A stretch of 64,000 nt of DNA, taken from contig NC_045697.1 in assembly GCF_009834535.1 (NCBI RefSeq), positions 7,380,001 through 7,444,000 of the forward strand. Reading direction: 5' to 3'. A program made the translations under genes and the position numbers. Below the pieces are notes generated by a model, which saw nothing but the letters and a program-made list of their open reading frames with translations, ran no database searches and was not told the origin of the DNA. Numbering within the stretch: the first letter of the stretch is position 1; each line of letters starts with the position of its first letter. The stretch comes from Camelus ferus. Taxonomy: Eukaryota. Shown in pieces: positions 63,717-64,000 of the stretch.

Positions 63717-64000
63717 AAGTGAAATCAGGAGGCATTTGTCTTTCTCTCTGACTTATATGTGGAATCCAAAAAACAAAACAAAACAAGCAAAACAAGATAA
63801 AAGCTAGACTCAGCTACAGAGAGCAGGCTGGTGGTTTCCAGAGAGAAGTGAAGCTGGGGAGAGGGAATGGGTAAAGGAGGTCAAGAAGTGCAAACCTCCA
63901 GTTATAAAATTAATAAGCCATGAGCACGGAAAATATAGTTAATAACACTGTATTAACCTTGTATGGTGACAGGTAGAAGCTAGACTTACTGTGATGATTT
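63717..64000 (+). mobile_element. L1 3' UTR with a short 5' inversion, runs off the window end
   Basis: tatgtggaatcc...ctggtggtttccagag...tccagttataaaattaataag...tgtatggtgacag on the + strand; 63717-63755 is the preceding L1 segment in reverse. Confidence 0.85.

Noticed and set aside
63253..63807. Longest ORF (184 aa)
   Set aside because: Non-ATG start, crosses an A-rich low-complexity tract and ends inside L1 sequence; no domain recognised.

Overview
AT-rich mammalian nuclear DNA, most likely camelid (camel/alpaca/llama), inferred from recalled SINE and L1 3'-end sequences rather than a database search. The window is mostly intronic or intergenic and packed with transposon relics: L1 of several ages, tRNA-derived SINEs, MIR, L2, CR1/L3, MaLR (MLT1) and ERV solo LTRs, hAT MITEs and microsatellites. 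No complete protein-coding gene, tRNA/rRNA gene or CRISPR array is supported, and nearly all supplied ORFs are TE-derived or chance. The only gene-like signal is a candidate + strand terminal coding exon at 4099-4190 with a downstream AATAAA, possibly joined to a 58-nt exon at 1180-1237; I cannot name the gene. I see no convincing new biological system. The most interesting observations are a solo LTR carrying a CCAAT/octamer array, a strongly AT-to-GC shifted MLT1 LTR, a CpG-rich patch in moderate-GC DNA, an L1 with an internal ORF1 inversion plus deletion, small template-switch inversions, and a strong minus-strand bias of younger L1s. Repeat subfamily names come from recalled consensus sequences, and boundaries without TSDs are approximate.
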